Assembly (NCBI RefSeq): GCF_009914755.1
Contig: NC_060947.1
Source of the DNA: the human T2T-CHM13v2.0 reference genome, Homo sapiens
Length of the DNA: 64,000 nt
Direction: 5' to 3' (one strand)
Shown here in pieces: positions 12,204-25,448 of the stretch (its first letter is position 1; the number at the start of each line of letters is the position of its first letter). Both the position numbers and the translations under genes were made by a program. The notes beneath the pieces are model-generated. The model ran no database searches. It saw only the letters and a list, made by a program, of their open reading frames with translations, and was not told the origin of the DNA.

Positions 12204-12959
12204 TGAGGACTAAGCTCTGATTTTTTTTTTTTAATCTTGCCCAAACTCCTTTCTAAGGGGTCTGGGGAGTCATGCCCTACAAACCATAAATTCTCATCAG
12301 ATGGGTTTTATTTAACCCTGTATATCATGATTTGCTTTCCAATCTATCTCTGGCATACAAGAGAAAAAAATCAATATGTTTTATCCCCAAATATATTTTC
12401 TTGCCATACCTTGGAATTTCCCTGCAAAGTCTCTTGTGGGAAAAATTTACATTCTATAGAGAATCCCCTTCCCCTTTATTTTCCTTCCTTCCTTTCCAGA
12501 TCCAGGAGATAATCAACTAAGAGCCAGGCACCCCTTCAAGTCCGAAAAGAAACATTTTACAACCTGCTCTCTCTGAAGTCTGCTATCTGACAGCTTCCTC
12601 TGCACAATAAAACTTGGTCTCCACAATTCTTTATCCTAACCTGAACATTTCCTTTCATCCCAGGTCTTCAGATAAACTCAACCAATTGTCAACCAGAAAA
12701 TGTTTTAATTTACCTGTACCCTGGAAGCCCCCGCTTTGAGTTGTCCCACCTTTCTGAACCAAACCAATGATGTACTACTTAAATGTATTTGATTGATGTC
12801 TCATGCCTCCCTACAATATATAAAACCAAGCTGTAACCCAACCACCATGGACATATGTTCTCAGGGCCTCCTGAGGGCTGTGTCATGGGCCATGGTCACT
12901 CATATTTGGCTCATAATAAATTTCTTCAAATATTTTACAGTTTGACTCTTTTGTCAACA
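12204..12959 (+). mobile_element. MER4-family solo LTR
   Basis: TGAGGACTAAGCTCTGA...TTTGACTCTTTTGTCAACA; TSD TAAG/TAAA; homologous to 53428-54191. Confidence 0.82.
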
Positions 12960-14468
12960 TAAACCACAGTTGTTCCAGTTAGTGTGGCCAAAATGTGGGG
13001 AGCAGAGTTTCAAGGCAGCACAGGGCACTAGCATCTCAATTTGTTCTTGAAACAGTTTTGTCCTACTAGGCCTCTGGGCCTTCGATGGCAGATGCAACCT
13101 CAAAGATTTCTGAAATGACTCCAGGGCCTTTCCTTCATTGTTTTGAGCATTAACACTTAGGTTCCTTTTATCTTTGTTAATCTCTTTAGCACGTAGTTGC
13201 ACTGTCACAACCTTGGATTGCTCTCCTGAAAATTCTTTTTCATTTTCTACCACATGTCCAGGCTTGGAATACTCCAAATCCTTATAAATTATAACTTTAG
13301 GTCATGCCTTTGCTCCCAAATCTTAACTATTTGAAGTTAAAAGTAAAAAAGCAGCTGTCTGAATGCTTTTCTGCTTAGAAATTTGTTCTGCCAAATATTC
13401 ATCACTCTTAAATTGGCCTTCCACCAAGTCCTAGGCCATGGATAATGCAGCCAAGTTCTTTGGTAAGGTATAATAAGTGTGACTTTTGCTTCGGTTTCCA
13501 ATAATTTTCTCCTTATTTCCATTTGAGTCCTTGTCAAAATGGCTTTCACTGTCTATACTCCTAACAGCATTTTGGTCACAATCACTTAATAATTATCTAA
13601 GAAGTCCCAGCTCATCTTCTAGGCCCCTTTCAGAATCTCCATTAGTGCTCTATTCACTGCAATATAGGCTTTTTCCACCCTGTTCTTCCAAATTCATTCA
13701 GCCACTACATGTCACTCAGTCCAAAGCCACTTCCACATTTCCAGATGTCTGCGTAGGTATACTCCACTCCTCAGTACTAACTTTCGTAGTCCACTTTGTG
13801 TTGCTGTCACAGAGTAGTTAGGGTGGCATATTTTATAAGAAAAAAAGGTTTATTTGGCTCACAATTCTGGTAGCTGAAAAGTCCAAGATTGTGCAGCTGT
13901 GCATCTTCGTCAGGGCCTCAGACTGCTTTCCCTCATGACAGAAAACGGAACAGGAGATGTATGCAAAGGGATCACATGGTGAAAGAGCAAAGAATAGAAT
14001 TAGGGAGCCGTATTCTTTTAAACAACCCATTCTTTTGGGAATTAAACCATTTCTGAGAGAGGGAGAACTTAACCCCACAGAAGGATATGGATCTATTCAT
14101 GAGGAATCTGCCTCCATGACCCAAACTCCTCTCACTAGGTCTCACTTCCCAACACTGCCATACTGGTGTTCGAAATCCAGAATAATTTTTGGTGAGGGGA
14201 AACCATATCTAAACCATATCAATTCCTAAGTAAGTTTTTTTTTTCTTTTCCAATTGAGAATGGAATTGCTCTGGTAGCCTTTTTTGGATTCTTTATTGTT
14301 AATGTAAAGAAATGCCACTGACATTTGTTTAATGATTTTTTTTCTTGAGTTTTTTTCTCTTGTAGTATTTTTATCTTACTTTGTTTTGAGAGCAATCCTG
14401 GCTTCCTAGAATGAGTTAGAAAATGTTCCCTCCTCTTCACATTGTTGAAAGAGTTTGAGAAAGATTGA

Positions 14469-14839
<371 letters not shown>

Positions 14840-15365
14840 CCTTGGTGGAGTTTTAAATAAATAATTCAATCTCTGTTGGTTATAGGTCTATTAAGATTTC
14901 CTATTTTTTCTAAGTTAGCTAATGTAATTTGTGTGCTTCTAGGAATTTGTCCATTTCATTTAGATTATCCAGTTTATTGGTGCATAATTCTTCATAGTGA
15001 TACCTTATAATCCTTTTTATTCCTGTAAAATTGGTTGTAAAGTCTCCCCCTTCATTTATGATTCTAGCAGTTTTATTCCTCTCTACATTTTCTTAGTCTC
15101 TCTAAAGATCTGTCAATTTTGTTATCTTTTGGAAGAATGAACTTTTGGTTTCACTGATTTTTCTCTATTGCTTTTTCATTCTTAATTTTAATTTCCTCTG
15201 CTTTAGTATTTATTATTTCCATCTTACTAGCTTTCAATTTAGTTTGTTTTATTTCTTATTTTCTTAACATGTACATTTGGATTATATATTTGAGACCTTT
15301 TTTCTTTTTAAATATGTTTACAGCTAAAAATTTTCTTCTGATACAGTTTTGCCAATGCACCATAA

Positions 15366-15900
15366 TGTAGTAGTCTCTTGTTCTGAGATATCACCTGAAG
15401 TTTTTTGTTTCAGGACCGAGAGAGTTAAGGATTGTGGACACAAAGTGTGAGGTTGGAGCAAAAGTTTAATAAGCTAAAGAAAAAAGCTCTCTGCTGCAGA
15501 GAGGACCCAGAAGAGGGTTGCCATTTTTACAGTTGAATGCAAAGGCTTTTATAAGAAATCAGTGAGGGCTGGGCATCTCATTTGCATAAGGTGCAAATTT
15601 CTGGTAGCTCCAGCCCATCCTCCCAGTGCATATGCAGGCCCTTCGCTTGAGTTACTCCATGCTGCTTTTTTACCCTTTCCTGAGCATGTGTTAGGGGACA
15701 AAATTTTCCACTGTGGGCATGTCTGACCAAGTCACCTGTGTAGCCTTTCTTATCTGTGCAGCTGTGAACATGTCTTAGACAAGCCTCCCTGTGCAAGTTC
15801 TCTCATCTGTGCCTGCAGGCTGTTCTTTTGTTTGAAAGAATTCAACCAAAGACCCACCCTAACTGCCTTCCAAACAGGTTTCTTCCTCTCTCCTCTCTCA
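15366..15900 (-). mobile_element. ERV1 solo LTR (MER61-like)
   Basis: Minus-strand start TGAGAGAGGAGAGAGGAAGAAACC...GGCAGTTAGGGTGGGTC; TG/CA termini. Confidence 0.65.
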
Positions 15901-17488
15901 TTAACACTTTTGCCTCTTTACCTTATATTTGTGGTGTTTTTTTAGTTTTATTCATTTCAAGGTATTTTAAAATTTCCCTTGAAATTTCTTCTTTGGCACA
16001 TTGCTAGTTTAAAAGTGTATTGTTTATTACCCTCATATTTGTGACTTTTCCAGTTTTTCTTCTGCTATTGATTTCTAGTTTCATTACATTGTCATCAGGA
16101 AAGATAATTTTCATTTTTTCAATATTTTAAAATAAATATATTAAGACTTTTCATATGGCCTAACATAATTTATCCCAAAGAATGTTTTATGTGCACTTGA
16201 GAAAAATATGTTTTCTGTAGTAAAGAGGAACATTTTCTGTATGTCCTTTAAGTTTAATTGGTTCATAATGTTATTTAAGTCCTGCATTTTCTCGTGGTTC
16301 TTCTTTCAGGTTTTTCCATCCATTATTGCAAGTGAGATGTTGGAGAGTCTTACTACTATTTCAGAGCTCTCTACTTTGTCCTTTGATTCTGTCACTTTTT
16401 GCTTCATGTATTTTTGGAGCTTTGATGTTTTGTGCATGTATATTTCTATTATTTTACTTTCTTGGTGAATTTGCCCATGTATCAATATATAATGCCCTTA
16501 TTTGTGTCCTATAACATATGCTGACTAAGATTCTATTTTGTCTGACATTAGTATAATCAACCCTGCTCTCCTTAGGTAACTATTTGCATGGAATATTGTT
16601 GTTCATTCTTTCACTTTTAACCTATGTATGTCCTTAGTACTAAAGTGAGTCTCATGTAGACAACAGATAGCTAGATTGAGTGTTTTTAAAAGTCCATTTA
16701 TAATCTCTGAAACTTTTAAATATTTAATTGTTACATATTTGTACATATTTATGGGGCACATGTAATATTTTGGTACACAGATAAAGTGAGCAATGATCAA
16801 GTCATGGTACTTAGAATATTACTTCACCTCAACTGTCATTTCTATGTTTTGGAAGCATTTCAAGTTTTTTTCTTACAGCTATTTTAAGATATACAATACA
16901 TTGCTGTTAATTATAGTTGTGCTAATCTGCTATCAAACATTAAGATTTATTCCACCTATCCAACTGTATTTACCCATTAACCAAACTCTCTACATATCCC
17001 CCTCAAACACAGCAATCCCAGCCTCTGGTAATAATCATTTCCTCTAACTCCATGAGGTCAACTTTTGTGGTTCCCACATACGAGTGAGTACATGTGATTT
17101 TTTTTTTTTCTCTGCCTGGCTTATTTCACTTCACATAATGACTTCCAATTCAATCCATGTTGCTGCGAATGACAGAATTTTATTCTTTGTTATGTACAAA
17201 TAGTATTCCATAGTGTATACATAGTATATTTTCTGTATCCATTTATCTGTGAATGGACACAGATTGATTTCTTATCTTTGTTGTTGTACGTAGTGCTACA
17301 ATAATCATAGAAGTGATAATATCTCTTTGATATACTGGTTTATTTTCCTTTGGAAAACTACCTAGTAGGATTGCTAGATCATATGGTAGCTCTATTTTTA
17401 CTTGTTTGAGAAATATCCATACTCTTTACCATATTGGCTGTACTAATTTACATTCCTACCAACAGTGTATAAGAATTCCCTTTTCTTG

Positions 17489-17791
17489 GGCTGGGTGCAG
17501 TGGCTCACGCCTGTAATCCCAGCACTTTGGGAGGCCGAGGTGGGTGGATCACGAGGTCAGGAGAGCGAGACCATCCTGGCTAACACGGTGAAACCCCATC
17601 TCTACTAAAAATACCAAAAATTAACCAGGCTTTGTGGTGTGCACCTGTGGTCCCAGCTACTCAGGAGCCTGAGGCAGCAGAATCGCTTGAACCCGGGAGG
17701 CGGAGGTTGCAGTGAGCCGAGATTGAGCACTGCATTCCAGCATGGGTGACAGAGTGAGACTCTGTCTCAAAAAGAAAGAAAGAAAAAAAAA
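17489..17791 (+). mobile_element. Alu (Sc/Y-like)
   Basis: Full dimer with A-tail; TSD AAGAATTCC at 17471 and 17792. Confidence 0.94.
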
Positions 17792-18565
17792 AAGAATTCC
17801 TCTTTGTCTGCATCTACAGCAGCATCTGTTATTTTTATTTTTATAGTAGCCGTTATAATTGGGATAAGATGATATCTCGTTGTGGTTTTGCTATGCATTT
17901 TTCTGTTGATTAGTGATGTTGAGCATTTTTCCAATATCTGACAGATATTTGCATATCTTCTTTTGAGAATTGTCTATTTATTTTTTTGGCCACTTTCTAA
18001 TGCGTTTATTTGATTTCTTGCTGTTGAGTTGTTTAAGTTCCTTGTGTATTCTGGATATTAGTCCCTTGTCAGATAAATAGATTGCAAATATTTTCTTCCA
18101 CTTATCGGGTTGTCTGTTCACTCTCTTGATTGTTTTATTAGTTGTACAAAAGCTTTTCAGTTTAGTTCAATTTTCTATTTGTATTTTTTTTGTTGCTGGT
18201 GCTTTTGCAGTCTAAGCTATAAAATCTTTGTGTGGATTCATGTTCTAGTGTGTTTTCTCTATGTTCTTTTTAGTAGTTTTACAATTATAAGCTTTATGTT
18301 GAAGTCTTTAATCCATTTTGAATAGCTTTTTTTTAATATAATGACAGATGGGGTCTAGTTTCATTCTTCTGCATATGGACATCCAGTTTCTTCAGCACAG
18401 TTTATTGAAAAGGGTGTTCTTTCCTTAGTTTTGGTTCTTGGCACCTTCTTCAAAAGTTAGTTAGCTATATATACATAGATGTATTTCTGTGTCATCTATT
18501 CTGGTCCACTGGTCAATGTGTCTGTTTTTATACCAATACCATGATGTTTGTTTGAGTATTATAGC

Positions 18566-18989
18566 TGTTTTAGGTTGTGCTGCTATAAAGGAGTATCTGA
18601 GGCTGGATAGTTTTTAAAGCAAATAGGTTTATTTAGCACAGAGTTCTGTGGGTTACACACTAAACATGGAGCCAGTATTTGTTTCTGTTAAGGGCCTCAG
18701 GCTGCTTCCACTCAAGGCAGAAAGCAAAAAAGAGCCAGTGTGTGGAGATCCAATGATGAGAAAGAAGGAAAGACAGAGTGGGGGGAGTTGCCATGCTCTT
18801 TTTAACAAACAGTTCTTGGGAGAACTCTTAATAAAGCAAGAACATTCTCATTACTGTGAGTATAAAACCAAATCCTTCATGAGGCATATACCCCCATTAT
18901 CCAAACACCTTCAATTAGGCTTCATCTCCAACGTTTGGGATTAATTTTCAACCTGATATATGGATGGATCAAATATCCAAACCATAGAA
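18566..18989 (-). mobile_element. MST solo LTR
   Basis: GGGCCTCAGGCTGCTTCCACTC, ends ATCCAAACCATAG; 5-bp TSD ATAGC at 18561-18565 and 18990-18994. Confidence 0.85.
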
Positions 18990-19331
18990 ATAGCCTTGTC
19001 ATGTATTTGAAGTCAGGAAGTGTGACGTCTTCAGCTTTTTTCCTTTTGCTCAAGATTGCTTTGGCTATTCTAGCTCTTTTTTATTACATATACATTTAAA
19101 AATTTTTCTTTCTTTTTCTGTGACAAACGTCATCGGTATTTTGATAAGAATTGCATTGAATCTGAAGACTGCTTTAAGAAATATGGCTATTTAACAATAT
19201 TACTTATTCTGATCCATGAGGATGTGATGGCGTTCTAATCTTTTGTGTTCTCTTTCATTTTTTAAATCACTGTTCCATAGTTTTTGCTGTAGAGGCATTT
19301 TACCTCCTTGAATACAATTATTCCTGTGCAC

Positions 19332-19949
19332 TATAAACAAACAAAAAAGTATTCAAAGCTCCCCATCCAACTGAATGGACCCCTCCTCTCAGCCAGAGTC
19401 TTTCTCAGGTAAACCTGAAACACTAGCCATAATATGAATGGGTGGTCAGACATGCCTTATACTTTCCTCTCTTTTTGAATTTAGGCACACCTGACCAGCA
19501 TTAACATTAAAACAGAGATCTTAAGACTGCCATAACAGACTCTTTAAGTCTGAAAGGAAACATTTACAATCTATTGTCTCTGAAGCCTGCTACCTGGAGG
19601 CTTCATTTGCATAATAAGCTATTTGGACTCCACCACTTCTTAACCAAGACATTACCTTCTACGGATTCTATGTCTTTAGATAAACTCTTTCAACCAATTG
19701 CCAATCAGAAAATATTTGAATACCCCTGTTACTTGGAAAACCCAACTTTGAGTAGTCCCACATTTGGGGACCAAACCAAAGTATATCTTTATGTATTGAT
19801 TGATATCTTATGTCTCCATAAAATGTATAAAACCTAGCCGTAGCTTGACCACCTTGGGCACATATTGTCCTGAGACTGTGTCATAAGCATGTCCTTAACC
19901 TTAGCAAAATAAATGTCTAAATTGATTCTTGGATACTTTTTATTTTACA
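19332..19949 (+). mobile_element. MER4-family solo LTR
   Basis: CAACTGAATGGACCCCTCCTCTCAGCCA, GACCACCTTGGGCACAT, AATAAA at ~19908, ends TTTACA. Confidence 0.78.
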
Positions 19950-21558
19950 GTATGTATTTTGTAGCTATTGAAAATGGTATCTTCTTGATTTCCTTTTTAT
20001 AGCTAGTTCATTATTGGTGTATAAAAACACTACTGTTTTTTTATATGGTGATTTTTATTCTGAAACTTTACTAAATTTATTAATCAGATCAAAGTGTTTT
20101 TTATGAAATCTTTAGGTTTTTCTAAATATAACATTTTGTCATCTACAGAGAGGGACAGTTTAACCTCATCTTTTACAATTGGGAAGGCTTTTATTTCTCT
20201 TGCCTGACTGCTTGGGTATAATTGTAGTACTATGTTGAATAGACCTGGTAAAGTGGGCCTCCTTGTTATTTTCAAGTTCTTAGAAAGAAAAAAATATTTC
20301 CACTAAGGGAGGAGACCACCCCTCATATTGTCTTATGCCCAATTTCTGCCTCCAAAGGAAGAAAAAAGTAAGAACTGAAAGGCATAAATGAAATCCACAA
20401 GCAGAAAGCCCGGCGCCACACCCTGGGCCTGGTGGTTAAAGATCAGCCCCTAACCTAATCAGTTATGTTATCTATAGATTACAGATGTTGTATAGAAAAG
20501 CACTGTGAAAATCCCTATCCTGTTTTGTTCCGATCTAATTACCAGTGGCTGCAGCCCCCACTCACGTACCCCCTGCTTGCTCAATTGATCACAACCCTCT
20601 CATGCACACCCAAGGGTGTTGTGCATGAGTTGTGAGCCCTTAAAAGGGACAGGAATTGCTCTCTCGGGGAGCTTGGCTCTTGAGACAGGAGTCTTGCCGA
20701 TGCCACCGGCCGAATAAACCCCTTCTTTCTTTAACTCAGTGTCTGAGGAGTTTTGTCTATGCTCATCCTGCTACATTTCTTTTCTCTGACTGGGAAGTGA
20801 GGTGAATGGCGGATGGTTGAGGCAGTTCCTTAGGCAGCTTAAGCCTGCCCTGTGGAACATCCCTGCGGGGGACTCTGACCAGCCCGAGTGACACGGATCT
20901 TGAGAGCACTCCCGGGTAGGCATTTGCCCTGGTGGGAGGCCTCACCAGAGCAGTGTGTGGCAGGCTCCCATGGAGGATAAATGCGGTGGCTGAACACCGG
21001 GAAAGAATGAGCACTTAGAGTCCGGACATCTAAAACTTGGTAAGACTAGTCTCTGAAACTTGCCCTCTCCGTTTGAGTGGAAGTGTGGCCTGATCACCCA
21101 TGGTGTGCCTTTATCAGCACTTTGGTTTTGGTTTTGGTTTTGACTTGGTTTGAATTGATTGACAGGACCAGTCTTGGGAACTTGCCCACTCCATTTGAGT
21201 GGAAGCGTGGCCTGATCACCCACGGTGTGCCTTTATTGGCACTTTGGTTTTGGTTTTGACTTGGTTTGAATTGCTTGACAGGATTGTCTTGGGAACTTGC
21301 CTACTCCATTTGAGTGAAAGCGTGGCCTGATCATCCACAGTGTGCCTGTACCAGCACTTTGGTTTTTGTTTTTGACTTGACTTGGATTGCTTGATACTTT
21401 GGTTTTGGTTTTGACCTGGCTTGGATTTATGGATACTCTGATTTTGGTTTTGATTTTGGTTTGGTTCAAACTGCAAAAGTGTGTGTGTGCTCTTTTTACC
21501 CGTTCTTTGTTTTGTGGTGTGCGTGTGGTGTGAGCATGGTGTTTTGTCTCGAAGAAGC

Positions 21559-21850
21559 ATAGGTCAGGCACAAATAAGCCCACTCTACTCGGAACTATGT
21601 TAAAAAATTTAAAAAAAGAATTTAAGGCAGACTATGGAGTACTATGACACCAGGAAAACTTAAAACTTTGTGTAAGATAGACTGGCCAGCATTAGAAGTA
21701 GGTTGGCCATTAGAAGGAAGCCTGGACAGGTCCCTTGTTTCAAAGGTATGGCACCAGGTAACCTATAAGCCAAGGAACCCAGACCAGTTCCTGTACATAG
21801 ACACTTGGTTACAGCTGGTTTTAGACCCCCTTCCCCCAACACACAGTGGT
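21559..21850 (+). pseudogene. gag: gag matrix remnant of the Harlequin provirus
   Basis: MTPGKLKTLCKIDWPALEVGWPLEGSLD...PDQFLYIDTW (gammaretroviral MA), truncated into a GA-rich tract. Confidence 0.8.
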
Positions 21851-23344
21851 TGAGAGAAGAGCAGCATAAGCAGCTGGCAGAGGAAAGGAAAGACCAGCAG
21901 AGAGAGAGAAAGGAAAGAGACAGAGAGGAAAAGAGGCAAAGAGAGAGAGGAAGAGTCGGAGAGGAAGAGACGACAAAGAGGGAGTCAAGGAGAGAGAGAG
22001 AGAGAAAGAAAGAGATGGGCAGAGAGAGAGAGGAAGAGACAGAGGCAAAAGGAAAGTCAAAGAGAGAGACAAAGTCAAAGAGAGAGACAAAGTCAAAGAG
22101 AGAAAGAGAGAGATATACAAGTACTTAAGAAAAAAAAGTGTACCCTATTCCTTTAAAAGCCAAGGTAAATTTAAAACCTATAATTGGTAATTGAAGGTAT
22201 TCTCCATAACCCTATAACACTCCAATACCACTTTGTCGTCAGTGTAAACAAGCGCGTATTTCAAAAGCACTGAGTCCTTCCTATCGAAAATCCTTACCCC
22301 AGTAACCTGCGGATGGCCCAAACACACTTAATCTGTAGCGGCAATTGCTTTGCTAACAAAAAAGTAAAAAAATAACTTTTAGAGGAAACCTCATTGTGAG
22401 CACACCTCACCAGTTCAGAAGTATCCTAAGAAATAAAAAAAAAAAGAAAAAAAAAGGGGAGACAGAATTTATATAAAAAGAGTATTATATGGTAAATTCT
22501 TGTCCTGAAATAACTGGTTGTTTAAAGACAGAAATATTTGTAATAAGTCAGAAAGTTGAGGCATGTTGAAGAATTGTCTGCGAAAGCCATGAAACAGAAA
22601 AATGTTATAAAAAAAGAATTTATGCAAGAAATGTTGTATAATTTAAAAGTAACTAGGCCTCCTGAATGTAAAACTATTGAAAAAAAAAACAGTTTATGTG
22701 CAAGGTGTTAAGAAAAGTAAAATGTATCTTTGGTAAAAGGGTTATAAGGAAGCATAAGCATGTACATTTTTACCTACATTAAAAAGTTAAAAAATATTGT
22801 TTTGAAGGTTTAAGCAAGTTTTAAAATGTTAATTGTAAAGAAAATTCTGTGTGTAAACAGATTAGCTAAAGTTAAAGAAGTATCATCCAGTTTTTCTGTG
22901 AACTGGACATTAAAGTAAAAGCATAACAAGTTTTTCTTAAAGCACCAACCTGCTCTTTCACAAAAATTATAAAATGTTAAAAAGAGTCTATGAAATCTTA
23001 CCTTTTGGTCAAACATTAAAAATTAGATAAATATGTCTACAAGGTTTTATTAAAATTAGGTTTAACATTAATAACACACTAATATAAACATAAAATTTAG
23101 CTTATCTTGTATTAAAATCGTACAAGAAGCATTGTTAAATGTAAAATGGTATTTGGCTTTCTTTGGTTTAAAAACTAATAAAAATAGGTGCTAAAGGATA
23201 TTTCTCAGTAAAAAGGCACTATAAAGTCCACTGCCAAGGTCCCCACAATTAAAACAAAAGGTCAATTTCTTAAAAATTGTACACTTGGTTTATCTTCCAC
23301 TTTCCTTTATCTCAAAAACTAAAAGTCTTTTAGCACATGTACCA

Positions 23345-24800
23345 CTCCTAGAATTTCCAGTAAACCAGCACCAGCCTGAAGATCACGTTCTCAACAAAGG
23401 GTGGAAAGAAGAAAAACTCGAGCCAGCCTGGGAAGGACCCTACCTTGTGCTGCTAACCACCAAGACTGCTGTTCATACAGCAAAAAAAAAAAAAAAAAGG
23501 AAAGAAAAAAAAAAAGTGGATGGACTCATCACACCTGAGTCAAGAAAGCGCCACCCCCTCCAGAGTTGTGGGCCATAGTCCCAGGGGAAAACCCTACCAA
23601 ACTAAAGCTAAGAAAAATTTAACTCTTTTCTTCTATTCTATTACTCTTTTTTCTTTCCTCGTTCTATTGCTGACCATCTAGTTATTAACATAACCAAGTC
23701 AATTTCATCTGAAACTGTTGCATTTAATGCTTGCCTTGTTATACCTTGTGGGGACTTGCCAAGTCAAAGACAGCTCTCTGCTTCAGAAAAGTACTTCCGT
23801 CCCTCCTGACTCTCCTCAGACTGGGCATTAGTAAACTAGGACCATTTAATCCAGGGAGATTTTAATAAAGACCCCAGTGCCAACCAGGAGTCTTACTCCC
23901 CGATGTAGAGCTTTCATGCCGTAGTTGGTCCAATGTTCTGTGGACCACTAAAGAGCAAGGATGGACTGCCCAACTGGTTTTTGTAATTTCCTAAAACCAT
24001 ATATTCATTTTACTAGAGGATCATAGAAGTTAAAGACTTAAACTTTAGCAATTAAGACAGGATACCAAGATGCAAATGCCTGGTTAAAATGGATCAAATA
24101 TTCCATCTGCATGCTAAATAAAAGCAATTGCTATGCTTGTGCACATGGCAGGCCAGAGGCCTAGATTGTCCCCTTTCCACTAAGGTGGTCCTCCAGTTGA
24201 CCAGGTGTGGGCTGTATGGCAGCTCTTTTCCAGGATTCTACAGCCTGGAATAATAAGTCATGCCAAGATCTCTCTGCTATATCCCAAAGTCCGGCACCCT
24301 GCAGGTCAGCCCCCGAGGGCCATCCAGCTTCCGTCTCCCAACACTAAGTTCACTTTGTGTCTCTCATGACAGGGAGGAAACTTAGTGTTCCTTGGATATC
24401 TGAAAAGATGCAGTGAGCTTAAGAATTTTCAAGAGCTTATCAATCAGTCAGCCCTTGTTCATCCCCAAGCAGATGTGTGGTGGTATTGTGGTGGACCTTT
24501 ACTGGGCACTCTGCCAAATAACTGGAGTGGCACTTATACTTTAGTCCAATTGGCTATCCCTTTCACCTTGGAATTTCATCAACCAGAAGGAAAAGAAATA
24601 AGACATCATAAAGCCAGAGAAGCTCCTTATGGGTCTTTCGACTCTCATGTCTATTTAGACGCAATTGGAGTCCCATGAGGAAGACCAGATCAATTTAAAG
24701 CTTGAAATCAAATAGCTGCAGGATTTGAGTCAATATTTTGGTAGGTGACAGTTAATAAAAATGTAGATTAGATAAACTGCATCTATTACAACCAACAACA
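23345..24800 (+). pseudogene. env: HERV-I/IP-like integrase tail plus env remnant
   Basis: LEPAWEGPYLVLLTT; WWYCGGPLLGTLPNNWSG...YLDAIGVP*G.PDQFKA*NQIAAGFESIFW...IYYNQQ; many stops. Confidence 0.72.
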
Positions 24801-25370
24801 ATGAGCTTTTCATGAGTTAAAGGAAAAACTCATGTCGGCCCCAGCCCTGAGACTACCTGACCTGAAAAAACTCTTTACACTCTATGTGTCAGAAAGAGAA
24901 AAATGGCAGTTGGAGTTTTAACCCAGACTGTGGGGCCCTGGCCAAGGCCAGTGGCCTATCTCTCAAAAAACTATACAGGGTTTCCAAAGGCTGGCCCTCA
25001 GGTCTAAGTGCCCTAGCAGCAATGGCCCTGTTAGCACAAGAAGCAGATAAACTAACCCTTAGGCAAAACCTGAATATAAAGGCCCCCCATGCTGTGGTAA
25101 CTTTAATGACTACCAAAAGACATCATTAGTTAACAAATGCTAGATTAACCAAGTACCAAAGCTTGCTATGTGAAAATCCCAGCATAACCGTTGAAGTTTG
25201 CAACACCTTAAACCCCACCACCTTGCTCCCGGTACCAGAGAGCCCAGTTGAACATAACTGTGTAGAGGTGTTGGACTTGGTTTATTCTAGTAGGCCCAAC
25301 CTCCGATACCATCCTTAAACATCAGTAGACTGTCAGCGGTATGTGGACAGGAGCAGCTTCGTCAACCCCT
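24800..25370 (+). pseudogene. pol: pol fragment (RT connection to RNase H start)
   Basis: AFHELKEKLMSAPALRLPDL.KLFTLYV...PVAYLSK...LAQEADKLTL; frameshifted. Confidence 0.8.
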
Positions 25371-25448
25371 GCAAAGTGACTCTGAAGAAGACGACAAGCC
25401 CTGCTCCAGTCACACTCAGAAGCTAACTGGTCCACGCATGGCTGAAGA

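Larger units (their letters stand above)
7952..14221 (-). mobile_element. MST (ERVL-MaLR) provirus with two LTRs (~7952-8449, ~13785-14221) and an interrupted internal region
   Basis: Both LTRs contain GTTTATTTG.CTCACAATTCT and end AAACCATA(G/T)CA; MST-int-like sequence at 8450-8740, 11595-11650, 12073-12200 and 12960-13784. Confidence 0.82.

Noticed and set aside
21805-22128. E/R/K-rich 107-aa ORF
   Set aside because: Translation of a GA-rich low-complexity tract inside the Harlequin internal region
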